From Octopus sinensis (Eukaryota), in contig NC_042997.1 of NCBI RefSeq assembly GCF_006345805.1, forward strand, positions 40,734,001 through 40,798,000: a stretch of 64,000 nt of DNA, given 5' to 3'. Below the pieces are notes generated by a model. That model searched no databases, was not told where the DNA came from, and was given only the letters and a program-made list of their open reading frames with translations. A program made the translations under genes and the position numbers. Within the stretch, counting starts at the first letter, position 1; each line of letters begins with the position of its first letter. Of this stretch, positions 36,359 through 49,833 are shown piece after piece.

Positions 36359-37628
36359 CTTTAGATACCTTGTGAATTTCTATGGTTACGCTTCTCATTT
36401 CATCTTTGTCTTTTCTCACATCCTTCCAGTTTTTCGCTCTCTGAACACGCATACATATATTCACATACAATCACATACATATGCCCGATTCTATACATGA
36501 AGATAAATTCGGTGCAGATGCTTTTTAAAATATGCACAAGTGATTTGCCCAGTACTGGAAGAGGATTGACTAAATTATAACATCCCCTTGAGAGATTAGT
36601 GTGGAATTTATCCAAGATAAAAGTTCATAGCTGTTGACATAAGAAAGTTATAAGAGACAGAGAGACTGAGAGAAGGAGTGAGAGAGAGAGAGAAGAGAGA
36701 AGAGAGAGAGAGAGAGCAGTAGTGATAGAGACTGTAAAAGAATCATATTCAGAGTGTTGTTAGCGAGAAAGAATGAATGATTGAGAAAGTTAGAAAGAAG
36801 ATTTTAAAAAAAGCGGTAGCTTTTATATAGATAGTAATGCGAACTGATTATATCTTAAACAATAGTTTCAAATCACAGCAGACAGCTTTTGAATGCCACA
36901 GTATATATCGAAAATAATATTATGAATATGAACGAATAAGTATATGGACAGAATATCTATAACTGAAGAAAATAAGATCATGGAAATTGGCAAAGAATTT
37001 CTGGGAATATAATCAGAAATTGATAAAACGTTACAATCAAAGATCTACTGGGTAAATTTGACGCCGTCGATGCCTGAAGTAAAATAGCTATCATAGAAAT
37101 AAATCTTACCACAGTAATATATAATTAAACAAAAATTCACTCTAAATATAGATTTGGAAAGTTGCTTATCTGTGACAACAAGCTATTATATCTCCAATAG
37201 TCTATCGCAATATCAAAGGAGCAAAATTGATGCCAAATATTATAGAAAAAAGAGTGATAAAAGAACCAATTGATTTTGAGAGAAATAAAGGAAATATTTT
37301 CTCGATATTATAATGAATTTATCACCCATATGTGTGTATCATATATTTTCAACAAAAACTATGTCCTTCGATTCGAGTTCGATACCCAAAATAAGAGTTT
37401 GGGTTCAAGTTTTCAACCGTAGCTCTTTAACTTATTTTGAAAATGTCATTGAGAAAAGGATGAAAGTTGCCCCGCATATTTTCCATTACTCAAGCCAATA
37501 TGACCCGGATGAAGATAACGAAAGGTCATACATACGACGCATTTTACGTGCGTAAGATACACAAGTATTTACTCAATTCTTTCATGCAGTTTTATATATG
37601 TGTGTGAGAGCATGTATATGTATATATA

Positions 37629-37710
37629 CACGAGAGTGCTGAAAAGTTCCAAACCTTGGGTAAAAGAAAATACAGGAAGATCGGTTAATTATGATTTTAT
37701 TCAACAGATT
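37629..37710 (+). mobile_element. Solo mariner-like terminus
   Basis: TA|cacgagagtgctgaaaagttcc, resembling a mariner-type TIR start; no partner TIR seen. Confidence 0.4.
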
Positions 37711-38695
37711 CAATAAATTTGTACTCAGCAAGTGTATGGAGTAACCTTTCAGAATAATGTAAAATCTCATAATAATTCTGCTTGTCATTGCGTTACTTAG
37801 CCCGTCGGTAACGCAATCACGTGATTAGATAAAAAGAGGGAGAAATAAAAGAGGAAGAGGGAAGCGTCCATGACATGGCGTAGATGGTATGTAATTGTAA
37901 TGCTTTCACTTGAAGGGAAAGAGATAAAGAAAAAGGAGAGAGAAAAAGAAGAAACGACGAAGAATGAGACAAAAGAGGGAGAAACAAAAAGAGGGAGGGA
38001 GAAGCATCTGTGACGCGAGGTAAGGGGAATATAATATTTATTGCGTGGTTAAAAAGTTAGTTGACGGAAGAGGAGGAGAGTAAAAAAGATAACTTTAGCA
38101 GAGACGTGATGTTCTGATGGTGAGGTTAAAGAAAGGCAGAGAGAGGGGGAGAGGCAAGAGAGAGAAAGAGAGGAGGGAGAGAAAGATGGTGGTGGTGGTG
38201 GTGATTGGATAGTGAAAAGTGGTTTTTTTTTAAAATTGAACTAAGTTTTTTTTACATTACCTATCACTTAGCGCATGTGCTTAAGTGCAATTCCGTGAAA
38301 TATTCCCAATTATTTACGTGGCATATATATTGCAATTTAACTAAAGGTTTTATCATATGTACGTGGGTTTTTTTTATGGGAAAAATGAAAAAATAAGAGT
38401 GAATATTTATTTCATAAGTGTTGGGTATTAAGTCTATAAAACTGTGCATAAAGCATATACTAATTCTTCTCTCTCACAAGCACACTTCCACAATGCACAC
38501 ACACGCACGATCACACAAAAACACACGAATACACACAAACATATAAACACACACCTATCTCTCCTAGGCAATAAAGTGCATTAAGTAATCGTCGTATTCC
38601 AATTTCTTAGCAGATGAGCGATTATTTTTCCATACTGACACAACACAGGCTATGCTTTCAGGTTTTTTGGATAAATTTTCACAAATAACCCAATA

Positions 38696-39297
38696 TATTT
38701 CTTTACTGCCCACAAGGGGCTAAACATAGAGGGGACAAACAAGGACAGACAAACGGATTAAGTCGATAACATTGACACCAATGCGAAACTAGTACTTTAT
38801 TTATCAACCCGAAAGGATGAAAGGCAGAGTCGACCTCGGCAGAATTTGAACTCAGAACATAACGACAGACGAAATACCTATTTCTTTATTACCCACAAGG
38901 GGCTAAACACAGAGGAGACAAACAAGGACAGACAAACGGATTAAGTCGATTATATCGACCCCAGTGCGTAACTGGTACTTAATTTATCGACCCCGAAAGG
39001 ATGAAAGGCAAAGTCGACCTCGGCGGAATTTGAACTCAGAACGTAACGACAGACGAAATACCTATTTCTTTATTACCCACAAGGGGCTAAACACAGAGGA
39101 GACAAACAAGGACAGACAAACGGATTAAGTCGATTATATCGACCCCAGTGCGTAACTGGTACTTAATTTATCGACCCCGAAAGGATGAAAGGCAAAGTCG
39201 ACCTCGGCGGAATTTGAACTCAGAACGTAACGACAGACGAAATACCGCTAAGCATTTCGCTCGGCGCGCTAACGTTTCTGCCAACTCGCCGCCTTTA
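38696..39297 (-). mobile_element. SINE family A trimer with 18-bp target-site duplication
   Basis: Units at 38696, 38879 and 39063; ttcacaaataacccaata at 38678-38695 and 39298-39315. Confidence 0.92.
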
Positions 39298-39399
39298 TTC
39301 ACAAATAACCCAATAGGTTTAGCATTAGTTCCCTGAAATATTCACGGGTCCCGCTAGTTATTTTAACTATAATTAAACATAAAAACAAACAATATATAA

Positions 39400-39668
39400 A
39401 AGACCCTCTTCGGTTATGAATGAGCATGTGATTGCACCTAGAAAGTTCCCCTCCGAGGCACAAGTCTGAGCAAGGTTGTTTATGGAAGACTAGCAGTTAC
39501 TCATGCATACCGGTCTCCTCTCTTCACGTCACCGATGTTGTCCAACGGATAGACAAAGGCCAATACAGCTTGGCACGTGACGTCGCAGCTCATTTCTACA
39601 GATGAGTGAACTGAAGCAACATGAAATAAAGTGTCTTACTCAAGAACACAACACAGCCCCGTCCTGAG
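39400..39668 (-). mobile_element. SINE related to family D (5'-truncated)
   Basis: gagtgaactgaagcaacatgaaataaagtgtcttactcaagaacacaac, homologous to 57680-57730. Confidence 0.6.
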
Positions 39669-39699
39669 GCCCTCACAATATATATATATATATATTATA

Positions 39700-39854
39700 T
39701 GTGGCTGTGTGGCAAGAAGCTTGCTTCCCAACTACATGGTTCTGGGTTCAGTCCCACTGCATGGCACCTTGGGCAAGTGTCTTCTACTATAGCCTCGGGC
39801 AGACTAAAGTCTTTTGAGTGGATTTAGTGGACTGAAACTGAAAGAAACCCGTCG

Positions 39855-39887
<33 letters not shown>

Positions 39888-40050
39888 TTGTGAGTGGGTA
39901 TTTGTGTGTGTCAGTGTTTGTTCACCCATCATCGCTTGACAACCGATATTGGTATGTTTACGACCCCGTTATCTAGCAGTTCGGCTTACAAAGAATAAAT
40001 CCTAAAAACTCTTTAAACGATGCTCCACCATGGCCACAGAACAAGTAAAA
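39700..40050 (+). mobile_element. SINE family B, 3' region partly deleted
   Basis: gtggctgtgtggcaagaagcttgc...ggcaccttgggcaagtgtcttctactatagcc. Confidence 0.8.
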
Positions 40051-40198
40051 GAATATATATGTATCACATGTACATGATGTATATATTCATAAGCATGTAT
40101 ATAATACATATTTGCATCTGTGTGTGTATGTATACTTTGTGCATGTGTGCATATGTTTAGATGTGATATACATCGTATACATCTTTGTGTGTGTGTGT

Positions 40199-40251
<53 letters not shown>

Positions 40252-40702
40252 TGTGTGTGTGTGTGTTTGTGTTAGAATGCGCCGATATTTGTCTGGCTTG
40301 AAACAAAGTAAGCATTTCTCTGTGAATATTTTGCAAATTTTGCACACAAATCCCAAATAATCCCGGAATAATGCAAGAAAAATCTCATGGATCCGAAATT
40401 CCTCTTTGGATAACACGGAGATGGGATTCAAGGAGACAGATGATGGAAGACTGATTATTATAATGGAATGGTAATGTCTCTCCCCTTTTTTCATACTAAT
40501 TCTTCTTCTCTCACACGAGCACACTTCCACAATGCACACAAACACCCGAACACGCGCAAACATATAAACACACGCCTATCTCTCCTCGGCAATAATGTAA
40601 ACAGTGTATCCAGGAATACTGTATTTATCGAAATACCCCATTAAGAATATAATACTTTCGAAAAGCCTGTATGCAGTTTCAAATACTATGAAAGATGAAA
40701 TA

Positions 40703-41105
40703 GGCGCAGGAGTGGCTGTGTGGTAAGTAGCTTATTTACCAACCACATGGTTCCGGGTTCAGTCCCACTGCGTGGCACCTTGGGCAAGTGTCTTCTACTA
40801 TAGCCTCGGCCGACCAAAGCCTTGTGAGTGGATTTGGTAGACGGAAACTGAAAGAAGACCGTCTTATATATGTATATATATATGTGTGTGTGTTTGTGTG
40901 TCTGTGTTTGTCCCCCTAGCATTGCTTGACAACCGATGCTGGTGTGTTTATGTCCCCGTTATTTAGCAGTTCGGCAAAAGAGACCGATAGAATAAGTACT
41001 GGGCTTTCAAAAGAATAAGTCCGGGGTCGAGTTCCTCGATTAAAGGCGGTGCTCCAGCATGGCCACAGTCAAAAATGACTGAAGCAAGTAAAAGAGTAAA
41101 GAGTA
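40703..41105 (+). mobile_element. SINE family B, full length
   Basis: Complete head, core and (aaaagagt)n tail. Confidence 0.9.
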
Positions 41106-41599
41106 TACTCTGTGGTTTGTTTCTCATTTAATTCTGTTATTTATAGTCAAGACTATTGAAAAGGTTGCAACACGCAACGAAAATTTTAGAAAATAAAAAT
41201 AAGAAATAAGTGGAAATTTTACCGGTGAATGAGTTAAATAATAAGGCACTAAAAGAGAATAAGGCACTAAAAGAGACTCTCCTCAGACACAACAGAAAAT
41301 ATCAAGGTATTATGCCTTAATATTCAGGTACTCTGTGCGGCGGCGAGCTGGGAAAATCATTAGCACGCCGGGTAAAATGCTTAGCGGCATTTCTTCCGTC
41401 TTTACTTACCCCTACTCAGAATTACTGGCCTTGTGCCGAAATTTGAAACTGATATTAAGATACTCTGTGAATGGATTTGCTGGGGTTTTCATGTTTGAAA
41501 CATATGTGCGCGTATAAGCATGCATGTATGTATGTTGGGTATATAAGATGAAAACAGTATTTGATAGCAATTGGAAAATGCTACTTATGGTTATAGATA

Positions 41600-41790
41600 G
41601 AACATATTATTTAAATAGGTTTCCCAATACAAAGAGCACCTGTAATTGTAGAGTTAAGACAGATTGCCCCATAGATGGCAACTGCATCCATGAGAACGTA
41701 GTGTATAATTATATAGCAAGAACTAATAATAATACTCGTTTTTACATTGGATGTATGTCTAACCTAGTCAAGAAATAATTCTGTTTATAA
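41600..41790 (+). mobile_element. Penelope-like element GIY-YIG endonuclease fragment
   Basis: TCNCRVKTDCPIDGNCIHENVVYNYIARTNNNTRFYIGC fits CxC..CP..G.C....VVY....YIG. Confidence 0.8.
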
Positions 41791-41989
41791 CCATTACTTT
41801 ATTAATGAAAAATTAAAATTCTTGACATTACTGCCATAAAATATATCTACTTTGAAACCCAAGAATATAAGGTATCATAGTAACTGGCTTGTTATAGCTT
41901 CAGTCGAACCTTACCAAGGTGAAGATAAACCTTCAGGCTCTGTTAATATAAGCCCAGAAAATTTTAGTACCTAATAAGAATTTATTGTA

Positions 41990-42162
41990 ATGGTAAGACG
42001 TTTCCTTCTCAACCACATGGTTTCAGGTTCAGTCCCACTGCATAGCACCTTGGGCAAATGTCTTCTACTATAGCCTTGGGCGGACCAAACCCTTGTGAGT
42101 GGATTTGGTTGACAGAAACTGAAAGAAGCCCGTCGTATATGTGTGTGGTGTGTGTGTATGTG

Positions 42163-42207
<45 letters not shown>

Positions 42208-42412
42208 TTGTGTGTCTGTGTTTGTTCCCCCTCCATTGCTTGACAACCAATGTTGGTGTGTTTACGTTCCGTAACTTAGCGGTTCGGCAAAAAATTGATA
42301 GAATAAGTACTATGCTTACGAAGTATAAGTCTTCCTGGGATCAATTTGATCGACTAAGGGTGAGCCTCCAGCATGGCCGCAGTGAAATGACTGAAACAAG
42401 TAAAAAAAAATA
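41990..42412 (+). mobile_element. SINE family B
   Basis: ccaaccacatgg-type head remnant, core and tail gaaacaagtaaaa. Confidence 0.8.
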
Positions 42413-42424
42413 AACTGAATTAAT

Positions 42425-42620
42425 TACTCTTTTACTTGTTTCATTCATTTGACTGCGGCCATGCTGGAGCACCATCTTTAGTCGAGCAAATCGACCTCAG
42501 GACTTATTCTTTGTAAGCCTAGTACTTATTCTATCGGTATCTTTTGCTGAACCGCTAAGTTACGGGGACGTAAACACACTAGCATCGGTTGTCAAGTGAT
42601 GTTGGGTGGGGACACAGACA
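42425..42620 (-). mobile_element. SINE family B 3' half, tail-to-tail with the previous copy
   Basis: cttttacttgtttcattcatttgactgcggccatgctggagcacc...catcggttgtcaag. Confidence 0.8.
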
Positions 42621-42767
42621 TTTTTATTTATTGTATTTCATTAATTCTTATTTTATTTGTTCTTTTACATATTCATTTATTAGTTACGATTTATATGTAT
42701 TTACTTAATACATATTTTATCATTGCCTCTGTCTATAATGTCTCCTTATCATTAAGGGTTACCCTTC

Positions 42768-43500
42768 AAGGCGGCGAGCTGGCAGAATCGTTAGCACACA
42801 GAAGAAAGGGCTTAGCGGCATTTCATCTGTCTTTACGCTTCGAGTTCGAATTCAGTCGGCGCCAGCTTTACCTTTCGGACTTCATGAAATAAGTATCAGT
42901 TAAGCACTGTAGTCGATGTAATCGACTATTCCCCCTCATTCAAAATGCCAGGCCTGGAGCCCATTATAGAACGGATTATTAATAGTTGCCCCTTCTTTTT
43001 AATATGCTTAAGATATCTTCATAATATGCACCCTTTTCTCCATGTGTCTCTATCTTTGTTCTCTATATTTAACCACATACATAATTATCGGCATATATGA
43101 ATGTGTATTCATAAGAATGTGAATCTGTGTTACTATATACTATGGTAAATTGTTTGGGATTCTTATATAGACTAACAAACCAGAAATTAGCTATCAATAG
43201 TCATTTTTCTTAGACTAAAGACACTGGTATGTACATGGTTTAATTTATTTTAATTATCCCTGTCATTAGTATTATTATAATTATCTTTCGTAGGTGACAG
43301 AACCGTTGGCACGCCGGACGAAATGCTTAGCGGCATTTCTCACATCTTTACATTCTGAGTTCAAATTCCGCCAAGGTCGACTTTGCCGTTCATTCTTCCG
43401 GAGTAGATACAATAAATACTGGTTGAGTACTGGAGTCAATGTAAACGGCATATCCTTTCCTTCAAAATTGCTGGCCTTGTGCCAAATTTGAAACTAATAT
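42768..43500 (+). mobile_element. Two SINE family A copies (42768-42985 and 43295-43500)
   Basis: Each has the head or B box, core and tail. Confidence 0.7.
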
Positions 43501-44062
43501 TATCACTAATGCTTTGTCTTTACATTTTGCTTAGATATGTTTCGACCAAAGATTGGCCCAGGCCATGTCCAACTTAATAGCACCACTATAAAACCCCTAC
43601 ACTTGATTCTGAAGCATATTTAAATTAAGGAAAAAACCCCTGCTTCAATTTTGTGACTTGACAATTAATACCAGTACATACACTAATAAATGTTTTCTTA
43701 GATGATGCTATGGTCTAGTGAGAAAAGCAGCACTTCCTAATTTCTTGCGATCTTATCAGCAAGGTTATCATAAGTTTTAGCTTGTTTTCGTCCCTGGCAG
43801 ATTAATTCGAATTATTATTCTTTTCTCTTCTTTTTCTTTTTTTTCCTGTCCTTCTTTTCCTTTCCTTAGCTAAAGTTCATTGCCTCTATTTATTTATTGT
43901 TACTTTCTTTTTATTGCTCTCCAACTTTCTTAGATTTCTATCCAACTGTTGTTCCTCATATCCTATTCCATTCTTCTCTTTTTCTCTATAATAAATTCCT
44001 ATGGTTTATGTAACTTGTTTTCTGTCTATACCCAATGAGGGTTATACGAGGCGTATATATAA

Positions 44063-44126
<64 letters not shown>

Positions 44127-44344
44127 TGTGTGTGTGTGTGTGGTGTATGTATATTATATATATATATATATGTATGTATGTATATATAAATGTATGTATG
44201 TATGTATATGTATATATATATATATATGTTTGTGTGCGTGTGTGTATGTGTATGTATGTATATATGTATGTATTTTTTTCTGTAGTTTCAGCTCAGAGCT
44301 GCGACCATGCTGATGCACCGCCGTTTTGCTACACTGTTATTACT

Positions 44345-44885
44345 AAGAGCCTCCTCCAATATGTGGCACTTTGTGAAGGATGGAGTTTGATGTAGCTACC
44401 CTCATTTGCACCTCTTGCCGTGAGGTAGGTTCATCTGGGACTCTCGACGGGAAGAGGGGCAGCTTAGATTTAAAAACGCCTACATCTACATTGTGCAGGT
44501 TTCTCAGGCTCTTTGGGAGAATATTAAAAAGCTGTGGGCCCCTGAAATCCAGGCTGTTGCAGTAGCTGGTACTTAAGCGCGATGGCGTTGCTGGGATCTT
44601 TGGCACTATGCAGTGTTGTCCCGTTCTGGCATTGGTGTAGCTTTCAATACCAAAATTTGGCACAATTCCTTCCAGGATCTTGCAGATGTATAATACTGCA
44701 TACCTCTCCCGCCTTCTCTCCAAGGAGTAGAGTCTTAGCTGTTTCAACCTTTCCCAGTAACTGAGCAGTTACAAAGAGATGATCTTCTTTGTGAATCTAC
44801 TCTGGAATGCTTCAAGGTCCACTGTTAATTTATACTGGTGGGTGACCATATCTGTGAGCAGTAATCCAGACGACTGAGGACGAAT
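44345..44885 (-). mobile_element. CR1-type LINE ORF2 C-terminus
   Basis: [51 protein letters not shown]...FKSKL...VPDEP. Confidence 0.85.
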
Positions 44886-45113
44886 GTATCTATATATATA
44901 TATATATATATATCTATATATATTATTATATCTATTATATATCTATTATATATATTTAGTATGTATGTATGTATGTATGTATGTATGTATGTATATGTAT
45001 TGTATATATATAGGTATATATGTATGTATATATAAATATATGTATGGATATATATATATATATATGTATATATCTGTATGCATGTATATATCTGTATGCA
45101 TGTATATATGCAC

Positions 45114-45147
<34 letters not shown>

Positions 45148-45719
45148 ATTTATATATATATATACATGTGTACGTATGTATATATATATATGTATATATA
45201 CATATATGTGTGTGTGTAAGTATATATATATACATAGAGAGAGAGAGAAAGAGAGAGGGAGAAAGAGAGAGAGAGATGAGAGATAGGCGAAACCTATCAC
45301 ACCATGTATTTTATTCGCAATCGACTGATGAGCTAGTGCTTACGTAACAAGTTGTGATGTAACCATTCGAAATATATATGTATCACATACATTCGGAATA
45401 TCAATAATTGGTTCGTGATAATTTTGTAATAATATAAGACTCATGTTAAAATCAATCTAGCTTATCGAAAATATCTGGTAAACTGTACAATGTCAAGGCA
45501 TACGACTGAATATTTGCACACACACACACATATATATAATATATTCTCTTTTTTTTTCTCTTTTACTTGTTTCAGTCATTTGACTGCGGCCATGCTGGAA
45601 TATATATATATAACAGAATGTTTTACCCTTCCAAAACACGAATGTCAACAACTTTACAAGAATACAAATCACATTGTCCATTTTTTTTTTTTTTGTATAT
45701 CTTAAGAGTTTATATATAT

Positions 45720-45937
45720 ACTCTTACTCTTGACTCTTTTACTTATTTCAGTCATTTTGACTGTGGCCATGCTGGAGCACCGCCTTTAGTCGAGAAAATC
45801 GACCCCAGGACTTATTTTTTTGTAAGCCTAGTACTTATTATATTGGTCTCTTTTGCCGAACCGCTTAGTTACGGGGACGTAAACCCACCAGCATCGGTTC
45901 TCAAGCGATGTTGGGGGGGACACAGACACACAAACAT

Positions 45938-45994
<57 letters not shown>

Positions 45995-46155
45995 ACGGGC
46001 TTCTTTCAGTTTCCGTCTACCAAATCCACTCACAAGGTTTTGGTCGGCGCGAGGCTATAGTCGAAGACACTTGCCTAAGGTGCTACTCAGTGGAACTGAA
46101 CCCGAAACCGTGTGGTTCGTAAGCAAGTTACTTACCACACAGCCACTCCTACGCC
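45720..46155 (-). mobile_element. SINE family B (extra tail fragment at about 45550-45600)
   Basis: Head ggcgtaggagtggctgtgtggtaag, core and tail. Confidence 0.85.
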
Positions 46156-46655
46156 TATATATATACATGCATATACACATGCATATATAACATATATATT
46201 ATGTAACAGGAGAAAAATATTTATTCAAAACTTCCTAAGTACAGCGTCTACGCGCTTGAGTGTGTGTGCATATATATATGTGTGTGTGTGTGTGTGTACA
46301 TATATGTATGTGTGTGTGTGTATGTAAATATATATATGTAAGTATGCACGTATGTATATAGTAGGTATGTGTCACTGTGCGCGTTCGTGTGTACTAATAT
46401 TTTAACACTTGAAGCGTCAATGGTTTTTTCGATTCTGAGAGTGCAAATGTGTTCGTGTTTTTAGATATAGTGACTACTGAATTTTCAAGTTTCAATTTTT
46501 ATCTTGCTTCTCTTTTTTTTTCTTTTTCGAATATTAGCTTTTATTGTATAAGTATTTTTCGATGATGTATTCTCTAACGCTATTGAATTAATTTCCGTCA
46601 ATTTATTTATTCGAATTTTTTTTCGTTCCGAAGAAGTGGCGAGTATTTGAATTTT

Positions 46656-46698
46656 TTTTCATCTGGTGAATGTTTTCAACCGAAACAATTGTAATATA
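46656..46698 (+). ncRNA. Degenerate minimal hammerhead motif
   Basis: CTGGTGA (A6G) at-gtt-ttc-aac-c GAAA caattg TA; helix I poor. Confidence 0.35.
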
Positions 46699-47233
46699 TG
46701 AAATGTGAGTATTGCAACCAATAAACATAACTTTTGGAGAAGCGCTTAAATAACATAAAGCATCTTCCTAGTAGGCATTTTGTGCTGCAATACATCGTGT
46801 AGAGTTCTAATTACATCGTTACATGTGTTTTTAAACACTTTTATACAAAATGATTTTTACTCCTCCGAGTTGACTCTAAATACAGTGTGCCAGTAAACAT
46901 TATAGTGGAATGTTACTAAAGAACATACCGATTCCTCGCAAAAAGGAATAGAAATATTACAAATTCAAAAAGAATGAATAATGTTATTGTAAGGATTAGA
47001 TGGTGTGCATACCATTTTGATAAGTAAGATAAATTTCCTCACAACAAACATATGAACAGTAAAAATACATCCTTTCTATAAGTATCATGAGAATCTACAC
47101 TAGATGTACAAATATTTAGATTGGTTGGAGCCAATCTAAATTTATAATTAATGCGTGGTTGACCAAAGCCTTGGGGGCTTCGTATATTTGTATCCCAACG
47201 TCACTTTGATGGAGTGTTGCTACCTGCTCATTC

Positions 47234-47264
<31 letters not shown>

Positions 47265-47379
47265 GTAATAGCGGGAATTTTGATACTACTAATACAAAAA
47301 GAACTACAAGAAGGAATGTTATATGCCTAAGGCATATTTCTATATACATGAAATTTATTTTCTGCCACAGCATATACCT

Positions 47380-47610
47380 ATTTCTTTATTACCCACAAGG
47401 GGCTAAACACAGAGGGGACAAACAAGGACAGACATAGTATTAAGTCGATTACAGGACCCAGTGAGTAACTGGTACTTAATTATCGACCCCGACAGGATGA
47501 AAGGCAAATTCGACTCGGCGGAATTTGAACTCAGAACGTTGCGACAGATCGAAATACCGCTAAGCATTTCGCATGTCGCGCTAACGTTTCTGCCAGCTCG
47601 CCACAGCATA
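47380..47610 (-). mobile_element. SINE family A monomer
   Basis: Tail tatttctttattacccacaagg through head ctgccagctcgcc. Confidence 0.85.
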
Positions 47611-48559
47611 GATACCGCACTATTTTTAGCACTTATACGGTGAAACTTTCGTACTCAGCCACTCGAAACTTAATTGATATCAGTACTGCTTCTAACTATT
47701 ATAAACTAAATTGAGTCAGTAATGATAAAACAAACTAATTTATGCATTTATCAAAAAACTACAAAGGATATCTTAATGGAAATTGTAATCATAGTTGTTA
47801 GAGCTCAACTGTTTAAGACGCGGAGATAGGTAAACCAATTGTTTAAGTTAATTTTATAAATATAATTTAACGCTATTTCACTTTTTCGTAACGTTATTTC
47901 CTCACATAACTTGACTGTCACAGTATCTAGTTGCATAATCGTTTGTATATTTCTATAATTTCTATAACACTAACATATCAGTTTTTTAATAGTACACACC
48001 AAATTCATAAGAATTACATAATAACATATTACCTATAACTGTAAAACGTAAAAATTTATATTTAAATTTTCACACATGTATGAATTTCTTTTGTCAGTAT
48101 TCAGATAGGTAACACTTAAACATTTTCAGTTTTTTCTATGTTCGTATTTCATGATTTTAAATAAATTGCATTTCTTCAAATATTTTAAACTCCTCACCTC
48201 ACCATATTATACATAATTTTCCTCTCTTACCTCCCTTCCTTCTTTCTACCTTGTTCTCCACCTCTTTACGCCTAGCCTTCTTACAACTCTGAAGAAATTC
48301 TTCACAAAGATTGAAGCAATGTACATCCAACGTCTTCTTTATTTATTTAAGTATAGGTATATTACTCTATGAATTTCAGCTGAGTTCTCTGCTTACGCTG
48401 CGGTTTGTTTATACTATAACGCAATAACCATTATATACATACATACATACATACATACATACATACATACATACATACATACATACATACATACATACCA
48501 TAACACGATAGCCATTATATACATTCATACATACATACCTACATACATATATTAAAGAA

Positions 48560-48974
48560 TCTACAGCTACACTATCCAGATTACGGGCGGACGGCGAACG
48601 TCGAGCTAAGGCATGCGCCTTGAGGTTGAGACGCTACGGTTCCGGCTTAGAGGCGTTCAGCCGTTATCGCTCAGAGGCAGCCTGGCACCACCGCTCTATC
48701 GAGCGAGCGCGCAAACCGTTGTTTTCGCCGGGAGTCTGTAATTATTGGGGCAATGGGATATGTAACACACTGCCTAAATACCAATTTTATAATAATCCAG
48801 AATCCTTGTCATAATCTAATCAGTTCGTGCCAGTCGCGGGGCTGAACATCCTTGAAAGCTTCATCTGAATCCATCCTGTGGTTCTTGAGATATCTTGTCT
48901 AAGGACAAACCAACCAACAAACAAACAAACACGACTGAAAACAATACCTTGGCCTTCGCTAAGGCAGAGGTAAT
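48560..48974 (-). mobile_element. Helentron/HINE-like non-autonomous element with a GC-rich distal segment
   Basis: Minus strand starts ttacctctgcc..aggtattgttttc, then (gttt)n, agatatctcaag..gatggattc, and a stem-loop cgctc-gata-gagcg at 48692-48705. Confidence 0.55.
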
Positions 48975-49586
48975 AATAATAATGTCAGAAGAAATGAAGG
49001 AATTGTTCCTTAGTTTTATTTACATAGATAAGATCTATACGAAAATTTCTTAAATATAATAACGTAAAAATTCTAATTTATCTTCTTTATATTATATTTT
49101 GTATCATTTCCTTGGAGACTTTCTGTACTTGTATACAAATTATATAAACTAAGGAACAATTCCTCAATTTCTTCTGACTAACCTTATTGTTATTATTACG
49201 AGTGTGTGTATGTGTTCGTGTGTGTGTGTGTGTGTGGAAGTTGTGTTCCTTTAGCAAGTTATTTGCTCTGAAATCTTATATTGGAACTTGACCTAATACA
49301 TTGTGAAAGATTCATGGGTATTTGAAGCACACAGATACTGCTATACGCATTTCCTGTTTTTTTTTGTTTTTTTTTAACTTTCCGTATATGCTATATGAAA
49401 GTGGTGACCCAATATGCCTGCAATCATTTGATTGAAACCAAGAAAATAGGAAAGCGTAAAAGTTCAAATATTTGTCGTTCATCTATGTTCTAACTACTGA
49501 CACTATCCTACAATGAAATAGTTGAATACACACGCACACAAACTTACACATACACACACACATACATACTTACATATATGTATATA

Positions 49587-49643
<57 letters not shown>

Positions 49644-49657
49644 CATACATACACCTA

Positions 49658-49709
<52 letters not shown>

Positions 49710-49801
49710 ATATATACATACATACACCTACTAATATATAGATATATATATATATATATATACATACACATACTAATATATATATATACATACACATACT
49801 A

Positions 49802-49833
<32 letters not shown>

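Noticed and set aside
40268-40475. Short AG...GTAAGC segment and an ISWIRNSS...GRLIIIMEW reading
   Set aside because: No homology or consistent exon chain.
45290-45385. gatagg-cgaaa-cctatc hairpin and a later ctgatgag
   Set aside because: Motif order and helices do not form a hammerhead.
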